From contig NC_134027.1 of the NCBI RefSeq assembly GCF_964204645.1, positions 11,254,485 to 11,318,484 on the forward strand: a stretch of 64,000 nucleotides of DNA, written 5' to 3'. The notes below the pieces were generated by a model. That model ran no database searches. It was not told where the DNA came from and saw only the letters and a list, made by a program, of their open reading frames with translations. The first letter of the stretch is position 1, and every line of letters starts with the position of its first letter. Positions 1-11,736 of this stretch are shown piece after piece. The stretch comes from Tubulanus polymorphus. Lineage: Eukaryota; Animalia; Nemertea. The translations under genes were made by a program, and so were the position numbers.

Positions 1-240
1 TGTGACAAACTTATACCGTGTAATTCACTTTATTCTCGGATCAGTTATATTTGGATTTTCATTTATTTCGGATTAAAATTCCAGTCCCCTATTGGTTATT
101 TCTATTCAAATGAAAGCACGTTTAATTCGCACAAAATTTTCCAGTCCGAGGTGATCCGAATTAAGCAAGGTCTACCGTGTACCGATTTCAACTGTTTAGC
201 AACATCGTTTATATGGTTTTATTTCTTTTTTTTTCGCTAG

Positions 241-425
241 GGAAAGTGATTACGGCGGCGTACGTTCCGTTGCCGAACTACCACCAGTTGTTCCCCGATG
301 CTCAGGTCGCGCGTTCGCTGTTGATGTCGTCGGCGCAGCACCAAGCGCAGTTACAATACGCGTCGCAGTACGGCGCCGCCGCCGGTATGATGGGAGCCAT
401 GCAGCAGGGTTTGCTGCCTCCGTGA
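241..425 (+). CDS. RBM39: Last coding exon of RNA-binding protein 39 (CAPER; end of the UHM/RRM3 domain); rest of the gene lies upstream of the window
   Basis: Polypyrimidine tract and AG end at 240. The exon reads (G)KVITAAYVPLPNYHQLFPDA..., matching the conserved RBM39 C-terminus GKMITAAYVPLPTYHNLFPD. TGA at 423-425; AATAAA near 1486. Confidence 0.85.
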
Positions 426-2540
426 TCGATGGTCGGTCGATCCGGCGTTTGGGCCTGTTAGGTGCTGGTTATTCATACGACGACGGACTAGGTTCAGGGC
501 GTGTATTCGAATGTACGTAACGTGGCTGTTTATCAGTCGCGATCGCGTGCGAAAATCTGTAAAGAAAATTTTTAGATCTCCGTAACGTTTTCAAAAAAAA
601 AGTTCAACCGACAATCTCTACTTCAGTGTAAAACCGGACTCTGACGCGTGCGAATATATCAGCTATCTTACATTAAGAAGAGTTGTCTCTAATTCAGGGT
701 TACAAATATGATTAACACAAATCACCTAATAAACAAAATTGTCGTGTTTTGTTTTGAATATTTTTGATATTGTAAATTTAGCATATTGCAATCCGAATCG
801 AATTGTTTGTATATTGTTTTTGTTTTTATTTGGTAAAAAGTTATTCAAATTTTGGCAGCAGTTCAACGGCTTATTGCCTATTGCTTATAAATCATCATAA
901 TAGGTCGATGACTGGGTATATTTTAATTGATTGCGATTCTATTCCAATGAGAAGTTTTTACGGGTGTGTATTTCAAACTCGGAATACAGTAAACCAAGGT
1001 TTACTGTAGATCGTTTCGGAAATTTTCATAAATTCGACTCGTTTCAAATGTTGATTATTGATAAGGTATTTTAACTGTAAACGTTAATTGGTTTTAATAA
1101 CTCGCCGATGGATATTTAGTTTTGAGTTTGTTCTAAACACGCCATACGATGTTCGATTGTTACTTTTTCATTTGCATTTAATTTCGCTCTTCATAATTTT
1201 GCACATGAGTCGCAATCGTTTTCGTTTTGCCTCCATAAAGAATGAAAAAAAAGGTATGTAAATTATCCGATACTGTACATAGAAATAGACACGATGCTAC
1301 ACGTATGTGTGTGTGTGTATATATATATGTGTATTAACGTTCTATTATTGTAAATTATTAGTTAACGCGTGTTTTCCATTGAAATACCGGTAAATGCTAA
1401 TATTGTACCATGGTTGGATAATCAATCTTGCTATGTCAGGGCTATTCACATACCCGTTATGTAATACTGAAATGTATAAAGAGAAAATAAATCTGGTGTA
1501 TATTGAATTGTAATTTGCTAGTTGTTCTTGGTGATTTTGTGTGGTCGTTTTATGTCGGATTTAGCATTCAGAGTGGTATATATTTCCTTGGTGCGACTAG
1601 ACGACTTCCATTTTGACAATTCCTTTTGTGATTTGACAGAAGTATTAGAAGTGACCAATACTGTTCTTAGTGAATTTGTGTCGAATTAAGCATTCGGAGT
1701 GGTATGTATTTCTTAGGAGCATCTTCACAACTTGTGTTTTGATATAAGTCTAGTACTAGAGACGACCAAAGCTCCCTAACTGCTAATAATGGGATATTTA
1801 TGTGAACATATTAGGCCTATAAGTTTCATTATCTTGGTATCATCGGAAAGCTTGAAACTCCTTGGGAACGGATGCATTTGTTGACCTTATTGTTACTGGT
1901 CACCTAGGTAACCAGCAATATTTTTCCCAGGGGCAAAATGAGGTACCCTTTAGCTAGTGACCTTTTTAATAGTAAACTGTATGATGTTTATGCGAATATT
2001 TGATTACAGTCCAGCACTGATTATAAGTAATCATCATTTATTTTTGGAAACTGGGTACATTTATTTCAAGATCAAATAGCGCTTCAATATTTAATTTGGT
2101 TTCTAAGAACCGAGCCGAGCACTCACGACAAGTACACGCTCGATTAGCTGCTGCTGCCACCTTCTGCCAAACATTACGATCGGAAAATCCCCACACAGTA
2201 CATAACCAACTGAACGAACATCTTTTGCCGTAGTTTAGTTTATTTACGGATGGTAACACCATTACACACATCAACTCGGTAAAATTCACTGTGTCAGTAG
2301 TACTAAAGCTCTCGAACTGATGTATGATGATGTGTATAATTTTACTGTGTAAGTGAAGAAAGTGTACTGTGCTGTGTGTGGTCGGACTCGGAGGCAAAAA
2401 TACTCGTCGTGTACATAATAAAGCCAAAGGGTAGGTAAGTAGATTATTAGAAGTTCTAACAGTTGTTTGTGTTGTGTGTATAGACTTGAGATCGTATGTG
2501 AAGTTACCTGAAACATGGAATGAAAGAATGATCTCTGAAA

Positions 2541-2970
2541 GGGTCATCCTTATTACCGAGATGATGTATTTTACCGAGATCAACCGAGATGAAATTAAAT
2601 ATAACATATCTATTTATTCCTTATCGATTTTAACACTTGAAATCACGTTATATCAGTAATAAATACCTCCTAGAGTCATATTTTACATATTTTTTTATTT
2701 AAAAAAATTTTGACTCAAAAAACGTAAACTCGGTTAGCAATAAAATTTCATTGAATTTGATTGATCGACGATCTCATCTCGGTAAAGTTAAAAGTTATTT
2801 TTCCAAAAATATCCGACAAAATATGTAAAATATGAGCCCAGCAGGCATTTATTACTGATATAATATGATTTCAATGGTTAAAATCGATATGGAATAAATA
2901 AATATGTTATATTTAATTTCATCTCGGTTCATCTCGGTAAAATACATCATCTCGGTAATAAGGATGACCG
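2541..2970. mobile_element. Non-autonomous foldback/MITE DNA transposon with ~150-bp TIRs and an 8-bp TSD
   Basis: Starts GGGTCATCCTTATTACCGAGATGATGTATTTTACCGAGAT... and ends with the near-perfect reverse complement ...ATCTCGGTAATAAGGATGACCG. It is flanked by CTCTGAAA on both sides (2533-2540, 2971-2978). Confidence 0.85.
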
Positions 2971-3025
2971 CTCTGAAACATTGTTCCCAAAACTACTAAT
3001 TAGTTTCTGCTTCACAATAATTATA

Positions 3026-3107
<82 letters not shown>
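3026..3107. repeat. (AT)n microsatellite
   Basis: About 40 AT units read directly from the sequence. Confidence 0.95.
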
Positions 3108-3110
<3 letters not shown>

Positions 3111-3757
3111 GCGATGGGCTTAGGATCATCTTTTCTTAGCTTGGATTTTATATCCGGGTTGTTGATTATCTCGTGAGACGGCGCTAAATATGAACTGCAA
3201 ATAAATTCAAGATATCTCAGAAATACCTTGTGTTTATGTTGTTTATTTATCCGCTATAAAAGTTCCGATAAACAATTGGCCGTTAAGGTTCATTATCAGG
3301 CGGTCGCGACGCTTTACTTTATAAAAACACTGTTTTTAGCGGATAACTAAACAATATCAACTCAAGGCATATTAGCGCCATTCTCGGAAATAAAATCCAA
3401 GCGATGAAAGACGATCCAAGCCCATGGTCAAACCCGTGCAAGGAATCCGAGAATTTCTGTGTCGCGTGCATAGGAAGCAGAAACATAGTTTTGGGAACAA
3501 TGTCGGCAAACCCCTGTGACCCCTTGTTATCGACATACGCATCAGGGCTTCGAGTATCACAATGGGATACGGGCAACGATACAGCGTCGTGGCAAGCGAA
3601 GATTCAGCGATAACCCACCCGGCACTCAAGTTGCATTGCGTTTATCGCGCTTCAATTTCGCTCTGCATTTCTATTAAATTCTAATCTATTTTTCTCATTA
3701 GTAAATTTTCAGCCAAATCTGTAGGCGACCCTTGGCTGAGTGAGAAAGCGGATCTTA

Positions 3758-4187
3758 AGGCCCGGACACACTGGGCGATTTGGTCGCCCGATTTCGTCGC
3801 CCGACGAAATCGCCGGTAAAATCGCCCAGTGTGTCCAGGCAATCGCCTTCGGCGATTTAGTCGGCCGACGAAATCGCCCGAATCCAACATGTTGGATTCT
3901 GTCGCCGGCGATTTCGTCGCCGGCGACAGAATCGCCCAGTGTGTCCGGGTACGGTGATCAGTCGCCTGGAGCGCCGTATTAACCAGCCAATCACGGCTCT
4001 TTGATTTATTAAAGGTGGCGCTAGCAGCTGGTCGTTTCAAAATAAGCGGCGCTGTTCGCCGATTTCGTCGCCGACGAAATCGCCCAGTGTGTCCGGGTCT
4101 GTCGGCGATCAAATCGGTCATAAAATCGGCGGCGATTTCGTCAGCCGATTTCGTCGGCCGACGAAATCGCCCAGTGTGTCCGCGGCT
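3758..4187. mobile_element. PIF/Harbinger-like MITE with internal palindromic subrepeats
   Basis: TIRs AGGCCCGGACACACTGGGCGATTT and (reverse complement) AGCCGCGGACACACTGGGCGATTT; TTA on both flanks (3755-3757, 4188-4190); internal repeats of AATCGCCCAGTGTGTCC and CGATTTCGTCG..CGACGAAATCG. Confidence 0.8.
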
Positions 4188-5364
4188 TTATATCTATCCG
4201 ATGACCTGTCTGATAATTTTCGTATGTGGAAGCCTAAAAATCAAGTTCTAATTTCATTGCAAATGAAATGATTTTCGCTATGAGTTACTCTGTGTTTTGT
4301 TGCGCTACCGTATCTGGTGTTGCCCATATCCCAATGTATATCCACAAACCTCAGGTACTCGCGGATGTGTATCAGCTTGGTATACAGTTCCACTACGGAT
4401 TTTGATAATGTGTGTTTTAAATGGTTCTGCAATAAATCAGAAAAATTGTTTTGTTTCTTAAAAAGACATGGCTGCCGGCTCCGGACACATCAGGAAATAT
4501 TGACAAACTTCACTTTTCAATGTAAAATTCAAACGTTATAGGCCTCTATGACACTCACTTGTGATATGACGCTGGTATATCCTAATATTACCATATATAT
4601 CGCTTGTGTGACACTTATCATATTTGTCGAATCATCATCTAGTACCCTTGTGATATAGCCTAATAGACATCGTTTGTTGACCTAGTGTTACTGTTTGAAA
4701 GCCTGTGTCACAATCAGATGTAATAATAGGATATGGGATATGATAATATGGGTTAATTCCTGGTCAGCCGTGGGTTTTACAGGGTTTGATCTAAGGAATA
4801 AAAGCATATCAGAAAAATTACTTTCCCCCTCAAAAATCAACTTGCCCTACAAAGGCAGTGCGAATGGTGGCACAATCGTCCATTGTATCGAGTGGGAAAA
4901 GAGCTTTGAGACATAAAATTGCATTAGCCCGGTGAACAAGTGATATTGATAACCTACAAGTGCGAGAGTCGGCTTATATAAATAGATATTTGGTATCATG
5001 TAGGATTTTCTTTTGAACTGAACCAGCGGCCAGTTGCTGCAACTGGCCTACCAGACTTAAGACCAGTCTAAGACTAACTTGGTTCTATAGCTAATCTAAC
5101 AACTTAAGACCAGTCTTAAGATTTAATACCACTTTTAGACTTACCTGGTAAGTTACGACTGTGGAACTGGCCCCAGATATTACGGTAAATTAATTTTATT
5201 TCAGTATTGTTATCTTTTTGATGAAGATCGACGAATTCTTCAAGTAATTCAATCAACCTTTTGATGAGCCACCAGTAGACAGTCAAACCTAGCCACTGAT
5301 TCTGTGATCATCTGAAACTAGGTTTATTATAATTGATAAATTTTGTTATTACAGAGACACGATC

Positions 5365-8300
5365 ATGGTTTCACAAGTGATAGCTAAATCAATTTCCATG
5401 GGTCGGAACGCTGCGTTACCTCAACAAGGTCGGTAAAATAGAATGAACCTTATTGCACTGTAAATTACTGGTACCTTGGAAACATTCAAGCTGGTACCAA
5501 ACAGACATTCGCTGTTGTCATTACTGCTAAAAATTAGGCTTATAGGTCGTTCAGGTACTGTTGTTTTGGAAGGCTATTTATAAATGTTTCTGTTCTATTT
5601 TTAGTATCGCGTGTGTTTTCGACCTGTCGATTACTAAATAATCCTACTAGTAATGTAGACACTTGGAAGGTTCACCAGAACAAGACTTCGTTAGTCATAT
5701 TCGACAAAGATGGAACGCTTCTATGTTACCATTCTTTATGGATACCGTGGGCACGAAGTTTAGCGAAAAGGTGTGTATATGTGAACCATTCATCTGTGCA
5801 GGGTCCTTACGACTCTTTGATTCTTAAAAAAAACTACTTCTAAATGGAAAATGTTTTCAAGGGTGCTTGAAACTCATTTAATTGGAGCACTTGAAAATTC
5901 CTTCAATTTTTAGAAATAGGCAATCGGATAGGCCTACCTGTACTTTAGAATTTGTACAGACTATGCCTAAATCGGTGCATTTGGGACCAGAATCTCTTTA
6001 TTTCCTGTAAAGCATAACAATATATAAATTTAAAAACTCGATATCCAGGAATAATTGATTTGTAATGTAGTGACCTTGAATAATTGATTTGTAATGTAGC
6101 GACCTTGTTGTAACGTCGTCCTTAATTATCGTTCCGTATTTATATAGGTTACAGGATATGACCGGCATGCGAGTCGCCGACAAAGTGTACAAGACATTAG
6201 GCATCTGCAGCGTCACGGATAAAATATCGCCGGGATTATTAACCGAGTGTTCGCCGGAGGTTATACGCAGCTCGTTGGTGAACATGCTCAACCAAGAAGG
6301 CGTTCATTATACCGCGGCGAAAAACATCGTCGACACCGAATGGCGCACGTGCAATCCGGAGAATCCGAAACAACTCCGCACGCTCGACGATTTATCGACG
6401 ATATTCTCGACGTTGCACGATTACGGCGTGAAAACGGCGGTGTGCACCGAGGACACGCGCCAGGGCACCGTAACGGCGTTGCGCACGCTCGGCATCAGCC
6501 AGTACGTCGATAAAATCGTCTGCGGCGACGACAAGACCGCGTTGCCGAAACCATCGCCGCACAACGTTCTGATGATCTGCGACGCGTTGAACGTCGCGCC
6601 CGCCGAAACGGCCATCGTCGGCGATCGCAAAGTCGACATGGCGATGGGAATCGCGGCGAATCTCGGCACGCGGATCGGCGTGTTGACCGGCGTCGGCAAC
6701 GTCGATGACTTGACGCCGTACGCGCACCACATCGTCGGCAGCGTCGAGGAGATTTTGCCGATCGTTTTGCCGGTGTTGAAGAGTGGCGACGCGGACGCCG
6801 CGCATTCACCGGCGCCAGTGATGAGGGACGTCGACGACGAGGATCGTCACCCGCTCGTGCAGAAATACGGCAAAAAGAAATGGGAACTCGTCATATTCGA
6901 TAAGGACGGTACATTGATATGTTTCCATTCGATGTGGGCGCCGTGGGCCATCGAATTCGCTCGGAGGTAAGCGCGTACTATTTCTACTTACTGTTTGTCA
7001 CCCATGCTTCTCCATGCGATGTTTGGATCTGTGATTTCATTAATAATCAGTTGATCTGCGTAGAATACAGTGAAACCTCGTTAATATGATTCTGTTAAAG
7101 ACAAAACCGGTTTATACGATGATTTCCAGCATGTCCCAGTTAAGATATTTGTTATCAATCAAGCTTTGGATAATACAAAACCAGTTTAGAATGTAACAAT
7201 GGATCTGCGTAACGTGGATCAATTTTCAGCATTGCACGCGAGCGTGTCGAGTAGATTAATGCTGATGAATGAAAGCAAACACAAGTTTACGAAAAATCGT
7301 TGTTCATTATTTCTGAATAAAAAAGTCTTTTTGAACAAATTAATGCATAATAAAAAAGGTAGATCAACTGATTATTAACAAAATTACAGATTGAGAAATG
7401 ACAGACAGTAGGGGGTCGACTTCTTGCTGTATTTTCAGGCAAATAAGTCATGGTCAGAATTTTTGCCTTGAAATAATGGATTTCATAAAGCTTTGCCACT
7501 CAAAAACCCGATGCCCTTCATCAGAGTTCGATTACATCGATTTGTCGATTTATTTGTTTTAATTGACGATGTAAGAGGCTGTTGAACAACAGCACACCAG
7601 TAAGCTGTGTGAGCGTGGTGCTGTTAGATAATGGCATAGGCATACTGTGTGATTTCCTAGTGGTTTTACTATCCGTTTGATTCATTTAGATTCGCTCATT
7701 GAATATGCTATTACGATACATTACAATACACATAAACATATATTGTGACAGCTATATAGGCAGTATAACAGCTTATCCACAGGCTGTTGTGTACAAATGT
7801 GTTACATTGTGTAGCACCTAGCTGATGAAACAAAGTAACAACCTTGCTAAGGCCAAAAAAAGATAAAGATAAGCCTGTCCGGCCAGATGCGAAAATCTTG
7901 GGCTTAGAGAGCGGGTAAAATAAAACCTACCTGTCGGGTGACTAAAAATTAGTTCTTCGTTTATGAAAATGAAATGAAAACTGTTCGGGCGAGTAGTGTC
8001 GGAAAAGGTCTTCTTGTCATTCCTTTTCATGTAATGGGGTTCGAACTTACTGGTACTAGGGGTCACAAGTTTGGCAACAAAGTTGAAGCAATACTTCGAG
8101 TTAAACATTGTTGTGTCAGATGAATTCATCAGACAAAAGTACATGAAATGTGGTGTAGTTGTGTGTGAAATTGGACACGGACACCAAAGACCTGTCTACC
8201 TTGGTCCTTGGTGTCAATCTAACAACATTATGAAGACTGTAAGAGACGTTTTTGACAATGTTATCAGTGGGAACTGATTTTGCGGTTCTGGTGTGAGTGA

Positions 8301-11300
8301 ATGCCCGCACCCCTCTTTGCAAAATTTGTTAAAACTTGGGATCTAAGCTTTTAAAAGAAAGGTTTGCTTCCAAATATTTATATTAGTAATAGAACTGCCT
8401 GCCTGTTCGATATTTCCAAAAATTCATGTTTTTTTAAATGAATGAAAATAAAAACCCGCTTGCCGGGTCATTTTTAGGGATTTCGAAAAAATGAGAAACA
8501 AGGTATCAGTTTTTTTGGGCCCTATTTGTAGTTAATAATGATTTCAAATTGCTATGGAACTGTTGTCACCTACGTTGAACGAAAATCACTGGTTCCATTC
8601 GATTCGAGTTGGGAAGCGTGTACTCTAACTTTCGGTTAAATTGATAGTCATCATATGGAAACATAACAAACATTATCGAATGATTTCAGAATGGAAAAGA
8701 TAAGCCAGCTGAAAGTCTCCGACAAGGTTTTGGACGTGCTCGGCGTCGATAAAGTTACCGAAACCATCAAACCGGGCGTATTCGCCGAAGGCACAACTGG
8801 TCAGGTGGAATCTCGCTTGGCCGATTTGTTAGTGGAACAGGGTTTATCTAGGGAAGACGCTCGATCGGTTGTAAAACAGGTAAGCTGAGATTGTTTCTGA
8901 ATGAGAACTCGGACGTGCCTCAAGCTAGTGCCTGACGGTAGGATTTCATTGATGAACCCCCTTACGAAATTGAAAATGCTTTTTAAGGAGCTCGAAACTC
9001 CTTTAATTTGATCAAAATTCACCAAAACTCGGTGAATCTGAAAATTAGAAATTTTTATCTAGTTTGTTGTTTGACAGTAGGATACCCCTGAATTGAATAG
9101 TTGGGACCTCAATTTTTTTACCCAATTTGGTAGGTACCAGATTAGAAACCAAGTTTAGGTAGCATATAGGATAAAAATTAGCTTACAAAACCACTGAATT
9201 AATCATTAACTGAGAAAGTAGTACCTATTTAGGAGGAGTCAGCTGTGTTTGGGATATGAAAGCGATGCAGACACTCCTCAAAATTTGAAATTTTCTCCTT
9301 AAAAACTCCTTAAATCCAGGAATGACTGATCTGTATGGATCCTATCGTAATAACGTTTATTACATTGGATTAACTGTCGTTACTGCTTTTGTATCCTAGG
9401 TTCAAGACATGCAACAGTCGGATAAACATCAAAAGGAGAGTTTAAAGTCAATCGGCGACACGAGCGACTTGTTCTGTCTGCTGAAGGAGAACGGCGTGAA
9501 GATCGCCGTGTGCACGGCGGACAGTCGCGACAGTTCGACGGAAACGCTGAAACGACTCGGCGCGTTGCAGTACGTCGACATGCTCGTCTGCGGCGACGAC
9601 GAGAACACGCGGCCGAAACCGCAGCCGCACAACGCGTTGAAAATCTGCAAAGAACTCGGCGTCGAGCCGGCCGACGCGATCATGGTCGGCGACACAAAAG
9701 CCGACATGGGCATGGGACGCTCGGCGAAACTGGGCGCGACGGTCGGCGTGCTCAGCGGCGTGGCGTCGACGCGTGAATTGCGCAAACACGCCGATATCGT
9801 CGTGCCGACGATCGAGGAGTTAGTGCATCTGATTTTACCCGATTTGAAAGATGACAATTCGGATGATACGGATAATAATACGACGAAGTGTGTCGAAGAC
9901 GAACAAGAGACTCCGACACCTACACCGTCGCCGCCGAGTGGATATTCGCCGACAAACAATGACGACCGAAGCAGAACCGCCGAAGCGCGGAGATTATTTT
10001 CAACATCGACGCATCCGGTTTTTTACTCGCATCAACACGGACGTTCTTATTCGACAGCAGCGGCCGCTACTCAGGTAAACAAACGCCAATACAAATATAT
10101 CATAGTCGGGGCGGGTAGTGCCGGTTGCGTGTTGGCCAATCGCTTGTCCGCCGACGAAAACAACGAAGTTCTCGTCGTCGAAGCCGGACCTGAGGATGAC
10201 GCGTGGACCATACACATGCCGGCGGCGCTTATGTATAATCTTTGCCACGACAAGTTCAACTGGTATTACCACACCGTACCTCAGCCGTTCATGAACGACC
10301 GCAGCATGTACTGGCCGCGTGGGCGGGTGTTGGGCGGCTCGTCGTGTTTGAACGCGATGGTCTACATACGCGGCCACGCGTTCGACTACGATCGCTGGGA
10401 AAAAGAGGGCGCCGCGAATTGGTCGTACGCCGATTGCTTGCCGTATTTTCGTAAATCGCAAACGCATGAACTCGGCGCCGACGAATATCGCGGCGGTGAC
10501 GGGCCGCTTCACGTGTCGCGTGGCCGTTCGAAAAATCCGTTGTTCGACGCGTTCATTGAAGCTGGGCAACAAGCCGGGTATCCGTACACCGACGATATGA
10601 ACGGCTACCAGCAGGAGGGCTTCGGTCGGATGGACATGACTATTCACCGCGGCCAGCGTTGGAGCGCGTCGATGGGCTATCTTCGCCCGGTGCTCTATCG
10701 AAAGAATTTGACGACGGAAGTAAAAGCTTTGACTAAGCGCATCCTATTTGAGGGAAATCGCGCCATAGGCATTGAATACGAAAAAAATGGCCGCACCGAA
10801 CAGGTGTACAGCGAGGAGGTCATCCTGTCCGGCGGGGCGATTAATTCACCTCAGTTGTTGATGTTGTCGGGCGTCGGAAATGCCGACGAGTTGAAAGCGT
10901 TGGACATTCCCATCGTCCAGCACTTGCCGGGCGTCGGCGAAAATTTACAAGACCACCTAGAGATTTACGTTCAACAGGAATGCAAACAGCCAATCACTTT
11001 GTATTCGGCTCAGTGGAAATTCCCGCACAACATGGTGAACATCGGGTATGAATATTTCACCCGTAAGACGGGCGACGGCGCATCGGCGCACCTCGAAGCC
11101 GGCGGCTTCGTGCGGAGTCGCGCCGGCATCGCGCACCCCGACGTCCAGTACCACTTCCTGCCGTCGACGGTGAACGACCACGGACGCGTGATGGGCGACC
11201 GCCACGCGTATCAAGTCCACGTCGGGCCGATGCGCGCGACCAGTCGAGGCAACTTGAAGCTGAAGTCGCGCGACCCCGCCGATCACCCGGTAATCGATCC

Positions 11301-11736
11301 GAAATATCTGTCGACAGACATCGACCGGTGGGAGATGCGCAATTGCGTTCGTCTGTCGCTCGAGTTGCACGAGCAGCGGGCGTTCGACGCGTACCGTGGT
11401 CGCCTGTTGAATCCGAACCCGTCGGATCTGTCGGACGCCGCAATCGACGACTACGTGCGTCGTTACGCCGACAGCGCGTATCATCCGTCGTGCACGTGCA
11501 AAATGGGCGACGAGTCTGACCCGATGGCCGTTACCGACAGCGAAACGCGTGTCCTCGGCACGCAGGGGTTGCGGGTCGTCGACGCGTCGATAATGCCGTC
11601 GGTCGTCAGCGGCAATTTGAACGGCCCGACGATTATGGTCGCCGAAAAATCGGCCGATATCATACTCGGCAAGTCGGCGTTGCCGAAATCGAAGGTCCGC
11701 GTTTACGTGCCGAAAACGCTAGAAACCCAGAGATGA
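5365..11736 (+). CDS. CHDH: Fusion protein: mitochondrial presequence + two HAD-like phosphatase domains + choline dehydrogenase (GMC oxidoreductase), ~1191 aa
   Basis: Exons 5365-5428, 5605-5770, 6148-6966, 8690-8879 and 9400-11736 join in frame through GT-AG introns (3576 nt). HAD1 motifs: FDKDGT / VCT / PKP / GDRKVD. HAD2 motifs: FDKDGT / VCT / PKP / GDTKAD. GMC domain: YIIVGAGSAG (FAD binding), PRGRVLGGSSCLNAMVYIRG, GAINSPQLLMLSGVG, catalytic AYHPSCTCKMG and GNLNGPTIM. HAD2 and CHDH share one uninterrupted 775-aa ORF. The symbol refers to the C-terminal domain. Confidence 0.88.

Noticed and set aside
2038-2607. 189-aa minus-strand ORF with a faint Myb/SANT-like word (WQKVAAAANR..C..RF)
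   Set aside because: Begins inside a MITE arm and the similarity is too weak to call without an HMM search.
3681-4271. Arg-rich ORFs on both strands
   Set aside because: Produced by the palindromic GC-rich MITE.
6247-11672. Many overlapping alternative-frame and antisense ORFs (up to 215 aa) over the fusion gene
   Set aside because: Shadow ORFs caused by GC-rich codon usage; no recognisable domains.
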